DNA of 64,000 bases from Macrostomum hystrix (Eukaryota; Animalia; Platyhelminthes), in NCBI GenBank assembly GCA_950097015.1, contig CATNEN010000005.1, positions 3,596,001 to 3,660,000 of the forward strand. The letters are read 5' to 3'. Under the pieces are notes generated by a model. The model ran no database searches, was not told the origin of the DNA, and saw nothing but the letters and a program-made list of their open reading frames with translations. Below are positions 35,326-47,600 of this stretch, piece after piece; position 1 is the stretch's first letter, and each line of letters starts with the position of its first letter. A program made the position numbers and the translations under genes.

Positions 35326-35512
35326 AGCAGCAGACATTGAGATCTGGACTTCTCAAACAGACGTCGATTTTGGACATGAGCACTGCGACTCAAAGAACAT
35401 CAGCTCTACTTTCATTAGAGGACAGAGCTCAGGTATCTGGAAGCTGTGCGGCAGGACGCCCTCAAATGTTTCTGCAGGACAATACTTGAGCGTGCCCTGC
35501 GTCAGGCAACAG
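35326..35512 (+). CDS. Lectin-Ig membrane protein, exon 3
   Basis: Acceptor gcttcAG (phase 2; phase-1 alternative at 35331). DIEIWTS...HCD...KLCG...GQYLSVPCVRQQ, donor CAG|gtgagg at 35513 (phase 0). Confidence 0.65.
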
Positions 35513-35909
35513 GTGAGGCGATCAGGTGACTGATGGTTGATAATTTATCAGCAACCTTGGCTTGACATCTCAGTGCAAGTAAGTTAATTTTGCAAGTAAA
35601 CAAAAATTTGCTAGGAAAAAGGAATTAATTGCTTAGGATTTTTTTCCGAGAAATGATCCACATTAGTACAGTATCCATTTCGTGGCACACATCGACTATA
35701 TTTTGAGGCAAATAAAAGCTAAGAAGGCACCCAGGTCGATTTTACTTGAGCAGAGAATGAGTCACAGACTTCAGCGACAATATTATTTAGATTATATTAT
35801 AATATTATATTATTAGACAATACGTATTATTTTGCATCTGTTGAAAATTCTCTAAAATTTCACCCAAATCTGAAAAGTGATGAGATGAGAAACTGTGTGC
35901 GGCTTTCAG

Positions 35910-36012
35910 GTCCGAATGATTCTGCTGAGAAAATACGTCGCAAACGTTACTGATGAACAAAAACAGTGCATGAACTTTATTGGCATGTGGATTCGAATAC
36001 TCGTAATAAAAG
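35910..36012 (+). CDS. Lectin-Ig membrane protein, exon 4
   Basis: Acceptor gctttcAG, VRMILLRKYVAN...CMNFIGMWIRILVIK, donor G|gtgagt at 36013 (phase 1). Confidence 0.6.
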
Positions 36013-36328
36013 GTGAGTTTCCTCTACGATTTGCCAAGAAAATTTTGCAAAGAAAGAAGCAAACATGTGTTAAGCTAATTGGCATATAGAGTCAAATTTT
36101 TCAATAAATATTTTTCAATTAAGCACCAGGTGAGTATTCCACACTATTTTTCATTCGATACCGAGTATAACAAAGGAACTTGGAAAAGTGTTGCGCCTGT
36201 CGCGGTATTGAGAACACTTTTGGTGTGCCATGAAGCACCTGCCAATCTGCCAACTCTTATTCTGACTCTCGCAAAGTCCAACGGAGATGATATCAATGAC
36301 AGTACCAATCCATACAATATAGTTAGCG

Positions 36329-36740
36329 ATAGTAGCCTCACAATAGTAGCCTCACAATAGTAGCCTCACAATAGTAGCCTCACAATAGTAGCCTCACAAT
36401 AGTAGCCTCACAATAGTAGCCTCACAATAGTAGCCTCACAATAGTAGCCTCACAATAGTAGCCTCACAATAGTAGCCTCACAATAGTAGCCTCACAATAG
36501 TAGCCTCACAATAGTAGACTCACAATAGTAGCCTCACAATAGTAGCCTCACAATAGTAGCCTCACAATAGTAGCCTCACAATAGTAGCCTCACAACAGTA
36601 GCCTCACAATAGTAGCCTCACAACAGTAGCCTCACAATAGTAGCCTCACAATAGTAGCCTCACAATAGTAGCCTCACAATAGTAGCCTCACAATAGTAGC
36701 CTCACAATAGTAGCCTCACAATAGTAGCCTCACAATAGTA
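36329..36740 (+). repeat. 14-bp minisatellite (ATAGTAGCCTCACA), ~29 copies, intronic
   Basis: Directly visible. Abuts dispersed repeat copy 2. Confidence 0.96.
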
Positions 36741-36910
36741 GACACCCCCGACGAGAATTCTTAAATATCTCGACGATGCTGACGTTTTGTGATTCTGGAA
36801 GTTGTTTAATCGGATAGAGCTAAAAGTTTTAGCCCGGGTTATGGACTTTCATGGCGAATGGTTGAATAATTTAGGAGATACAGATAAAATGTTGGAGTTT
36901 GAAATACTCC
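36741..36910 (+). repeat. Unclassified dispersed repeat (copy 2)
   Basis: Aligns by eye with 11727-11904. Confidence 0.7.
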
Positions 36911-36969
36911 ATGTGGCCTTCTCACCGTTTACAATGTTTTTCATACCTAATTCCGAATTTCATCAATAG

Positions 36970-37209
36970 CGAATATATCAAAGAATTCGGCGATTCAAAA
37001 CTCACAAGTCACCGTCAGATGCCATGTCGATTGCATACAGAACAATGAGACGATCAAAATGGTCAGACTGACTCGCGAAAACTCCCCTCTGACACTCTCC
37101 ACCGGATTGCAAGCTCACCTGATTGAGCAGGTGCAGCTGTCTGATGCAGGCAACTACATCTGCAGCCTAGGCGATGAGGTGCTCAGCAGCCAGACCCTGC
37201 GAGTACTCC
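36970..37209 (+). CDS. Lectin-Ig membrane protein, exon 5 (Ig domain)
   Basis: Phase-1 acceptor catcaatAG (36968-69). The frame is open upstream of the ORF-track start: NSQVTVRCHV...LIEQVQLSDAGNYIC (both Ig cysteines, DxGxYxC). Donor C|gtgagt at 37210. Confidence 0.75.
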
Positions 37210-37277
37210 GTGAGTGGCTCGTTACCAATGAGCCCATCAAACTATCCAACACTCACTCATAAAAGTGCACATTGCAG

Positions 37278-37610
37278 ATCCTCCGAGACATCTGTCGATC
37301 TCCGTTGATGAGCACAGTCTCAGTGTGGGGTCTCGAGCTCGATTCGCAATAACTTTTGAGTCGTCAGTGTCAGAGCCTACTCCTGAGCATGAGTGCATTG
37401 CTACCGACTCGAGTCTCAGACTGCTCACTCTGCGAAGACTTGGAAACTCGAGTATGACCAGCTCACAGTCACTGACCTCTGTGTGGGTCTGTGAGAAGTG
37501 CTCCTATGTTGACAGGCTGACTGCAAACTGCTCAGCTAATCAGTTTGATGAAGTGAGCCAGTCTCGACTGCTGTTCTCAACTCACGCAAGCATCGACTGG
37601 AAACAGAAGT
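37278..37610 (+). CDS. Lectin-Ig membrane protein, exon 6 (second, degenerate Ig-like domain)
   Basis: Phase-1 acceptor attgcAG. PPRHLSISV...SEPTP...LTANCSAN, donor T|gtaaga at 37611. Confidence 0.65.
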
Positions 37611-37682
37611 GTAAGAAGAGTTTAAGCTTTTGTAGAAAATCAGTCGCAATGAAATGTGATGCTCGCTGCTCTGTGATTTCAG

Positions 37683-37804
37683 CTGCAACGAAATCCGACA
37701 TGCAGCCAAAGCAAGTGTGCTCAGTGATCTGGCTTCCTTGGTTGCTCATTGCTGTTCTCACCGCGGCACTCTTGAGCGTTTGCGGTTATCTGGTGAAAAC
37801 AAAG
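37683..37804 (+). CDS. Lectin-Ig membrane protein, exon 7 (transmembrane helix)
   Basis: Phase-1 acceptor gatttcAG. VIWLPWLLIAVLTAALLSVCGYLV followed by KTK. Donor AAG|gtagca at 37805 (phase 0). Confidence 0.7.
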
Positions 37805-37872
37805 GTAGCAGCTTTACCTGACAAACTTTTTATGAAATCTGGCTTTGATAAATCAGTGCTCAACTGTTTCAG

Positions 37873-37959
37873 AGGCAGCTGGCCATTGTTGAGCGCCAGC
37901 AAGCCATCAAGATGTCGGCAGCTCGACCATCTCGAGCGAGCATCTACATCGAAGCTTAG
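37873..37959 (+). CDS. Lectin-Ig membrane protein, exon 8 (cytoplasmic tail)
   Basis: Acceptor ctgtttcAG (37871-72), RQLAIVERQQAIKMSAARPSRASIYIEA*. The eight exons sum to 1386 nt (461 aa), or 511 aa if the 150-bp insert is included. Confidence 0.55.
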   Translation, partial: RQLAIVERQQAIKMSAARPSRASIYIEA

Positions 37960-38647
37960 CTCCAATGCGTGTTGAATGCGCTGCATTGCTGGAGGTGATC
38001 ATGCTGGAACTGATGTTTCGGAAACTGGTTTTGCTGTCGACACGGAATGAACTGCATGTGCTGACAGCTTTCACTGTGCCTACTCTTGGAACATTTTATC
38101 CATGGCAGATTTGATTAATATGATATTCAGCACGAATTCAGTCACTGTTGGATGATGTACTCATGAATGCGGTGACAGAACTAGCCTTCTTAATTAATCA
38201 TACCGTTTGCCGTGAAACCAATACTATTTTTAGACCGGAAAATGTTTTGTTTTTGACTGAGTCCAGTTTATATGTTTCGACAGTTTCTGCCGGTAAAACA
38301 GAAGGCTTTTGTTAAACAAGTGTGCCTGAAAGCTCTGCGCTGAGTCTTCGTATCAAGTCTTTATGCTTATTCAGTACTTTGCAATCGCAATAAATGTGTT
38401 ATGTTTACCCCCTCTAAGACAAACTACCTGCATGGAATATTTTTTTTATTTTTTGATACGACAATTTAGTAGTCCGTGACTGCATAATGCTAATGTTCCG
38501 TTGATTTGCAAAGATTTTAAATAAATCAATAAATGTATAAAAATAAACTCTTATAAAGTGATCCAGCACTAAACACTCGTAACAAATGAGTACTTGGGTG
38601 AATTTACTTGGGTGAGTTCGCTGGGCTGTTCGTGAGTGACTAAAAGG

Positions 38648-41600
38648 GAGATGAGACACAGGAGAGATGAGACACAACAGATATTAATATGTGCAGAAGA
38701 GATGAGAATTGGAAAATAGATGAGACACGGAATAACTGAGACACGGAATAGATGAGACACGGAGTAATGAGACAAGGGAAATGGAGACACGGAATAGATG
38801 AGACACGGAGTAATGAGACAAGGGAAATGGAGACACGGAATAGATGAGACACGGAATAATGAGACAAGGGAAATGGAGACACGGAATAGATGAGACACGG
38901 AATAATGAGACAAGGGAAATGGAGACACGGAATAACTGAGACACGGAATAATGAGACAAGGGAAATGGAGACACGGAATAGATGAGACACGGAGTAATGA
39001 GACAAGGGAAATGGAGACACGGAATAGATGAGACACGGAGTAATGAGACAAGGGAAATGGAGACACGGAATAGATGAGACACGGAGTAATGAGACAAGGG
39101 AAATGGAGACACGGAATAGATGAGACACGGAGAGATGAGACAAGGGAAATGGAGACACGGAATAGATGAGACACGGAGTAATGAGACAAGGGAAATGGAG
39201 ACACGGAATAGATGAGACACGGAGTAATGAGACAAGGGAAATGGAGACACGGAATAGATGAGACACGGAGTAATGAGACAAGGGAAATGGAGACACGGAA
39301 TAACTGAGACACGGAGTAATGAGACAAGGGAAATGGAGACACGGAATAGATGAGACACGGAGAGATGAGACAAGGGAAATGGAGACACGGAATAGATGAG
39401 ACACGGAGTAATGAGACAAGGGAAATGGAGACACGGAATAGATGAGACACGGAGTAATGAGACAAGGGAAATGGAGACACGGAGAAATGACACAAGGGAA
39501 ATGGAGACACGGAGTAATGAGACAAGGGAAATGGAGACACGGAGTAATGAGACAAGGGAAATGGAGACACGGAATAACTGAGACACGGAGTAATGAGACA
39601 AGGGAAATGGAGACACGGAATAGATGAGACACGGAGTAATGAGACAAGGGAAATGGAGACACGGAATAACTGAGACACGGAGTAATGAGACAAGGGAAAT
39701 GGAGACACGGAATAGATGAGACACGGAGTAATGAGACAAGGGAAATGGAGACACGGAATAGATGAGACACGGAGTAATGAGACAAAGGAAATGGAGACAC
39801 GGATTAACTGAGACACGGAATAATGAGACAAGGGAAATGGAGACACGGAATAACTGAGACACGGAGTAATGAGACAGGGGAAATGGAGACACGGAATAGA
39901 TGAGACACGGAGTAATGAGACAAGGGAAATGGAGACACGGAATAGATGAGACACGGAGTAATGAGACAAGGGAAATGGAGACACGGAATAGATGAGACAC
40001 GGAGTAATGAGACAAGGGAAATGGAGACACGGAATAGATGAGACACGGAGTAATGAGACAAGGGAAATGGAGACACGGAATAGATGAGACACGGAGTAAT
40101 GAGACAAGGGAAATGGAGACACGGAATAACTGAGACACGGAGTAATGAGACAAGGGAAATGGAGACACGGAATAGATGAGACACGGAGTAATGAGACAAG
40201 GGAAATGGAGACACGGAATAGATGAGACACGGAATAATGAGACAAGGGAAATGGAGACACGGAATAGATGAGACACGGAGTAATGAGACAAGGGAAATGG
40301 AGACACGGAATAGATGAGACACGGAGTAATGAGACAAGGGAAATGGAGACACGGAATAGATGAGACACGGAGTAATGAGACAAGGGAAATGGAGACACGG
40401 AATAGATGAGACACGGAGTAATGAGACAAGGGAAATGGAGACACGGAATAGATGAGACACGGAGTAATGAGACAAGGGAAATGGAGACACGGAATAGATG
40501 AGACACGGAGTAATGAGACAAGGGAAATGGAGACACGGAATAGATGAGACACGGAGTAATGAGACAAGGGAAATGGAGACACGGAATAGATGAGACACGG
40601 AGTAATGAGACAAGGGAAATGGAGACACGGAATAACTGAGACACGGAGTAATGAGACAAGGGAAATGGAGACACGGAATAGATGAGACACGGAGTAATGA
40701 GACAAGGGAAATGGAGACACGGAATAGATGAGACACGGAGTAATGAGACAAGGGAAATGGAGACACGGAATAACTGAGACACGGAGTAATGAGACAAGGG
40801 AAATGGAGACACGGAATAGATGAGACACGGAGTAATGAGACAAGGGAAATGGAGACACGGAATAGATGAGACACGGAGTAATGAGACAAGGGAAATGGAG
40901 ACACGGAATAGATGAGACACGGAGTAATGAGACAAGGGAAATGGAGACACGGAATAACTGAGACACGGAGTAATGAGACAAGGGAAATGGAGACACGGAA
41001 TAGATGAGACACGGAGTAATGAGACAAGGGAAATGGAGACACGGAATAGATGAGACACGGAGTAATGAGACAAGGGAAATGGAGACACGGAATAGATGAG
41101 ACACGGAGTAATGAGACAAGGGAAATGGAGACACGGAATAGATGAGACACGGAGTAATGAGACAAGGGAAATGGAGACACGGAATAGATGAGACACGGAG
41201 TAATGAGACAAGGGAAATGGAGACACGGAATAGATGAGACACGGAGTAATGAGACAAGGGAAATGGAGACACGGAATAGATGAGACACGGAGTAATGAGA
41301 CAAGGGAAATGGAGACACGGAATAGATGAGACACGGAGAGATGAGACAAGGGAAATGGAGACACGGAATAGATGAGACACGGAGTAATGAGACAAGGGAA
41401 ATGGAGACACGGAATAGATGAGACACGGAGTAATGAGACAAGGGAAATGGAGACACGGAATAGATGAGACACGGAGTAATGAGACAAGGGAAATGGAGAC
41501 ACGGAATAGATGAGACACGGAGTAATGAGACAAGGGAAATGGAGACACGGAATAGATGAGACACGGAGTAATGAGACAAGGGAAATGGAGACACGGAATA

Positions 41601-44600
41601 GATGAGACACGGAGAGATGAGACACGGGAAATGGAGACACGGAATAGATGAGACACGGAGTAATGAGACAAGGGAAATGGAGACACGGAATAGATGAGAC
41701 ACGGAGTAATGAGACAAGGGAAATGGAGACACGGAATAACTGAGACACGGAGTAATGAGACAAGGGAAATGGAGACACGGAATAGATGAGACACGGAGTA
41801 ATGAGACAAGGGAAATGGAGACACGGAATAGATGAGACACGGAGTAATGAGACAAGGGAAATGGAGACACGGAATAACTGAGACACGGAATAATGAGACA
41901 AGGGAAATGGAGACACGGAATAACTGAGACACGGAGTAATGAGACAAGGGAAATGGAGACACGGAATAGATGAGACACGGAATAATGAGACAAGGGAAAT
42001 GGAGACACGGAATAACTGAGACACGGAATAATGAGACAAGGGAAATGGAGACACGGAATAACTGAGACACGGAGTAATGAGACAAGGGAAATGGAGACAC
42101 GGAATAGATGAGACACGGAGAGATGAGACACGGGAAATGGAGACACGGAATAGATGAGACACGGAGTAATGAGACAAGGGAAATGGAGAGACGGAATAGA
42201 TGAGACACGGAGTAATGAGACAAGGGAAATGGAGACACGGAATAACTGAGACACGGAGTAATGAGACAAGGGAAATGGAGACACGGAATAGATGAGACAC
42301 GGAGTAATGAGACAAGGGAAATGGAGACACGGAATAGATGAGACACGGAGTAATGAGACAAGGGAAATGGAGACACGGAATAGATGAGACACGGAGTAAT
42401 GAGACAAGGGAAATGGAGACACGGAATAACTGAGACACGGAATAATGAGACAAGGGAAATGGAGACACGGAATAACTGAGACACGGAGTAATGAGACAAG
42501 GGAAATGGAGACACGGAATAGATGAGACACGGAGTAATGAGACAAGGGAAATGGAGACACGGAATAACTGAGACACGGAGTAATGAGACAAGGGAAATGG
42601 AGACACGGAATAGATGAGACACGGAGTAATGAGACAAGGGAAATGGAGACACGGAATAGATGAGACACGGAGTAATGAGACAAGGGAAATGGAGACACGG
42701 AATAGATGAGACACGGAGTAATGAGACAAGGGAAATGGAGACACGGAATAGATGAGACACGGAGTAATGAGACAAGGGAAATGGAGACACGGAATAGATG
42801 AGACACGGAGTAATGAGACAAGGGAAATGGAGACACGGAATAGATGAGACACGGAGTAATGAGACAAGGGAAATGGAGACACGGAATAGATGAGACACGG
42901 AGTAATGAGACAAGGGAAATGGAGACACGGAATAGATGAGACACGGAGTAATGAGACAAGGGAAATGGAGACACGGAATAGATGAGACACGGAGTAATGA
43001 GACAAGGGAAATGGAGACACGGAATAACTGAGACACGGAGTAATGAGACAAGGGAAATGGAGACACGGAATAGATGAGACACGGAGTAATGAGACAAGGG
43101 AAATGGAGACACGGAATAGATGAGACACGGAGTAATGAGACAAGGGAAATGGAGACACGGAATAACTGAGACACGGAGTAATGAGACAAGGGAAATGGAG
43201 ACACGGAATAGATGAGACACGGAGTAATGAGACAAGGGAAATGGAGACACGGAATAGATGAGACACGGAGTAATCAGACAAGGGAAATGGAGACACGGAA
43301 TAGATGAGACACGGAGTAATGAGACAAGGGAAATGGAGACACGGAATAACTGAGACACGGAATAATGAGACAAGGGAAATGGAGACACGGAATAACTGAG
43401 ACACGGAGTAATGAGACAAGGGAAATGGAGACACGGAATAGATGAGACACGGAGAGATGAGACAAGGGAAATGGAGACACGGAATAGATGAGACACGGAG
43501 TAATGAGACAAGGGAAATGGAGACACGGAATAGATGAGACACGGAGTAATGAGACAAGGGAAATGGAGACACGGAATAGATGAGACACGGAGTAATGAGA
43601 CAAGGGAAATGGAGACACGGAATAGATGAGACACGGAGTAATGAGACAAGGGAAATGGAGACACGGAATAACTGAGACACGGAGTAATGAGACAAGGGAA
43701 ATGGAGACACGGAATAGATGAGACACGGAGAGATGAGACACGGGAAATGGAGACACGGAATAGATGAGACACGGAGTAATGAGACAAGGGAAATGGAGAC
43801 ACGGAATAGATGAGACACGGAGTAATGAGACAAGGGAAATGGAGACACGGAATAGATGAGACACGGAGTAATGAGACAAGGGAAATGGAGACACGGAATA
43901 GATGAGACACGGAGTAATGAGACAAGGGAAATGGAGACACGGAATAGATGAGACACGGAGTAATGAGACAAGGGAAATGGAGACACGGAATAACTGAGAC
44001 ACGGAATAATGAGACAAGGAAATGGAGACACGGAATAACTGAGACACGGAGTAATGAGACAAGGGAAATGGAGACACGGAATAGATGAGACACGGAGTAA
44101 TGAGACAAGGGAAATGGAGACACGGAATAGATGAGACACGGAGTAATGAGACAAGGGAAATGGAGACACGGAATAGATGAGACACGGAGTAATGAGACAA
44201 GGGAAATGGAGACACGGAATAGATGAGACACGGAATAATGAGACAAGGGAAATGGAGACACGGAATAACTGAGACACGGAATAATGAGACAAGGGAAATG
44301 GAGACACGGAATAACTGAGACACGGAGTAATGAGACAAGGGAAATGGAGACACGGAATAGATGAGACACGGAGAGATGAGACACGGGAAATGGAGACACG
44401 GAATAGATGAGACACGGAGTAATGAGACAAGGGAAATGGAGAGACGGAATAGATGAGACACGGAGTAATGAGACAAGGGAAATGGAGACACGGAATAACT
44501 GAGACACGGAGTAATGAGACAAGGGAAATGGAGACACGGAATAGATGAGACACGGAGTAATGAGACAAGGGAAATGGAGACACGGAATAGATGAGACACG

Positions 44601-47600
44601 GAGTAATGAGACAAGGGAAATGGAGACACGGAATAGATGAGACACGGAGTAATGAGACAAGGGAAATGGAGACACGGAATAACTGAGACACGGAATAATG
44701 AGACAAGGGAAATGGAGACACGGAATAACTGAGACACGGAGTAATGAGACAAGGGAAATGGAGACACGGAATAGATGAGACACGGAGTAATGAGACAAGG
44801 GAAATGGAGACACGGAATAACTGAGACACGGAGTAATGAGACAAGGGAAATGGAGACACGGAATAGATGAGACACGGAGTAATGAGACAAGGGAAATGGA
44901 GACACGGAATAGATGAGACACGGAGTAATGAGACAAGGGAAATGGAGACACGGAATAGATGAGACACGGAGTAATGAGACAAGGGAAATGGAGACACGGA
45001 ATAGATGAGACACGGAGTAATGAGACAAGGGAAATGGAGACACGGAATAGATGAGACACGGAGTAATGAGACAAGGGAAATGGAGACACGGAATAGATGA
45101 GACACGGAGTAATGAGACAAGGGAAATGGAGACACGGAATAGATGAGACACGGAGTAATGAGACAAGGGAAATGGAGACACGGAATAGATGAGACACGGA
45201 GTAATGAGACAAGGGAAATGGAGACACGGAATAGATGAGACACGGAGTAATGAGACAAGGGAAATGGAGACACGGAATAACTGAGACACGGAGTAATGAG
45301 ACAAGGGAAATGGAGACACGGAATAGATGAGACACGGAGTAATGAGACAAGGGAAATGGAGACACGGAATAGATGAGACACGGAGTAATGAGACAAGGGA
45401 AATGGAGACACGGAATAGATGAGACACGGAGTAATGAGACAAGGGAAATGGAGACACGGAATAACTGAGACACGGAGTAATGAGACAAGGGAAATGGAGA
45501 CACGGAATAGATGAGACACGGAGTAATGAGACAAGGGAAATGGAGACACGGAATAGATGAGACACGGAGTAATGAGACAAGGGAAATGGAGACACGGAAT
45601 AACTGAGACACGGAGTAATGAGACAAGGGAAATGGAGACACGGAATAGATGAGACACGGAGTAATGAGACAAGGGAAATGGAGACACGGAATAGATGAGA
45701 CACGGAGTAATGAGACAAGGGAAATGGAGACACGGAATAACTGAGACACGGAGTAATGAGACAAGGGAAATGGAGACACGGAATAACTGAGACACGGAGT
45801 AATGAGACAAGGGAAATGGAGACACGGAATAACTGAGACACGGAGTAATGAGACAAGGGAAATGGAGACACGGAATAGATGAGACACGGAGTAATGAGAC
45901 AAGGGAAATGGAGACACGGAATAGATGAGACACGGAGTAATGAGACAAGGGAAATGGAGACACGGAATAGATGAGACACGGAGAGATGAGACAAGCGAAA
46001 TGGAGACACGGAATAGATGAGACACGGAGTAATGAGACAAGGGAAATGGAGACACGGAATAGATGAGACACGGAGTAATGAGACAAGGGAAATGGAGACA
46101 CGGAATAACTGAGACACGGAGTAATGAGACAAGGGAAATGGAGACACGGAATAACTGAGACACGGAATAATGAGACAAGGGAAATGGAGACACGGAATAA
46201 CTGAGACACGGAGTAATGAGACAAGGGAAATGGAGACACGGAATAGATGAGACACGGAGTAATGAGACAAGGGAAATGGAGACACGGAATAGATGAGACA
46301 CGGAGTAATGAGACAAGGGAAATGGAGACACGGAATAGATGAGACACGGAGTAATGAGACAAGGGAAATGGAGACACGGAATAGATGAGACATGGAGTAA
46401 TGAGACAAGGGAAATGGAGACACGGAATAGATGAGACACGGAGTAATGAGACAAGGGAAATGGAGACACGGAATAGATGAGACACGGAGTAATGAGACAA
46501 GGGAAATGGAGACACGGAATAGATGAGACACGGAGTAATGAGACAAGGGAAATGGAGACACGGAATAGATGAGACACGGAGTAATGAGACAAGGGAAATG
46601 GAGACACGGAATTGATGAGACATGGAGTAATGAGACAAGGGAAATGGAGACACGGAATAGATGAGACACGGAGAGATGAGACAAGGGAAATGGAGACACG
46701 GAATAACTGAGACACGGAGTAATGGGACAAGGGAAATGGAGACACGGAATAGATGAGACACGGAGTACTGAGACAAGGGAAATGGAGACACGGAATAGAT
46801 GAGACACGGAGTAATGAGACAAGGGAAATGGAGACACGGAATAGATGAGACACGGAGTAATGAGACAAGGGAAATGGAGACACGGAATAGATGAGACACG
46901 GAGTAATGAGACAAGGGAAATGGAGACACGGAATAGATGAGACACGGAGTAATGAGACAAGGGAAATGGAGACACGGAATAGATGAGACACGGAGTAATG
47001 AGACAAGGGAAATGGAGACACGGAATAGATGAGACACGGAGTAATGAGACAAGGGAAATGGAGACACGGAATAGATGAGACACGGAGTAATGAGACAAGG
47101 GAAATGGAGACACGGAATAGATGAGACACGGAGTAATGAGACAAGGGAAATGGAGACACGGAATAGATGAGACACGGAGTAATGAGACAAGGGAAATGGA
47201 GACACGGAATAGATGAGACACGGAGTAATGAGACAAGGGAAATGGAGACACGGAATAGATGAGACACGGAGTAATGAGACAAGGGAAATGGAGACACGGA
47301 ATAACTGAGACACGGAGTAATGAGACAAGGGAAATGGAGACACGGAATAGATGAGACACGGAGTAATGAGACAAGGGAAATGGAGACACGGAATAACTGA
47401 GACACGGAGTAATGAGACAAGGGAAATGGAGACACGGAATAGATGAGACACGGAGTAATGAGACAAGGGAAATGGAGACACGGAATAGATGAGACACGGA
47501 GTAATGAGACAAGGGAAATGGAGACACGGAATAGATGAGACACGGAGTAATGAGACAAGGGAAATGGAGACACGGAATAGATGAGACACGGAGTAATGAG

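Noticed and set aside
36090-36129. Extra micro-exon of the lectin-Ig gene ending at CAG|GTGAGT (36130)
   Set aside because: It would end in phase 2, while exon 4 (phase 1) joins exon 5 at 36970 directly. It is not needed, although alternative use cannot be excluded.
37939-37956. ITIM in the receptor tail (SIYIEA)
   Set aside because: The last position is Ala rather than I/L/V, so it is not a canonical ITIM. Kept only as a Tyr-containing tail.
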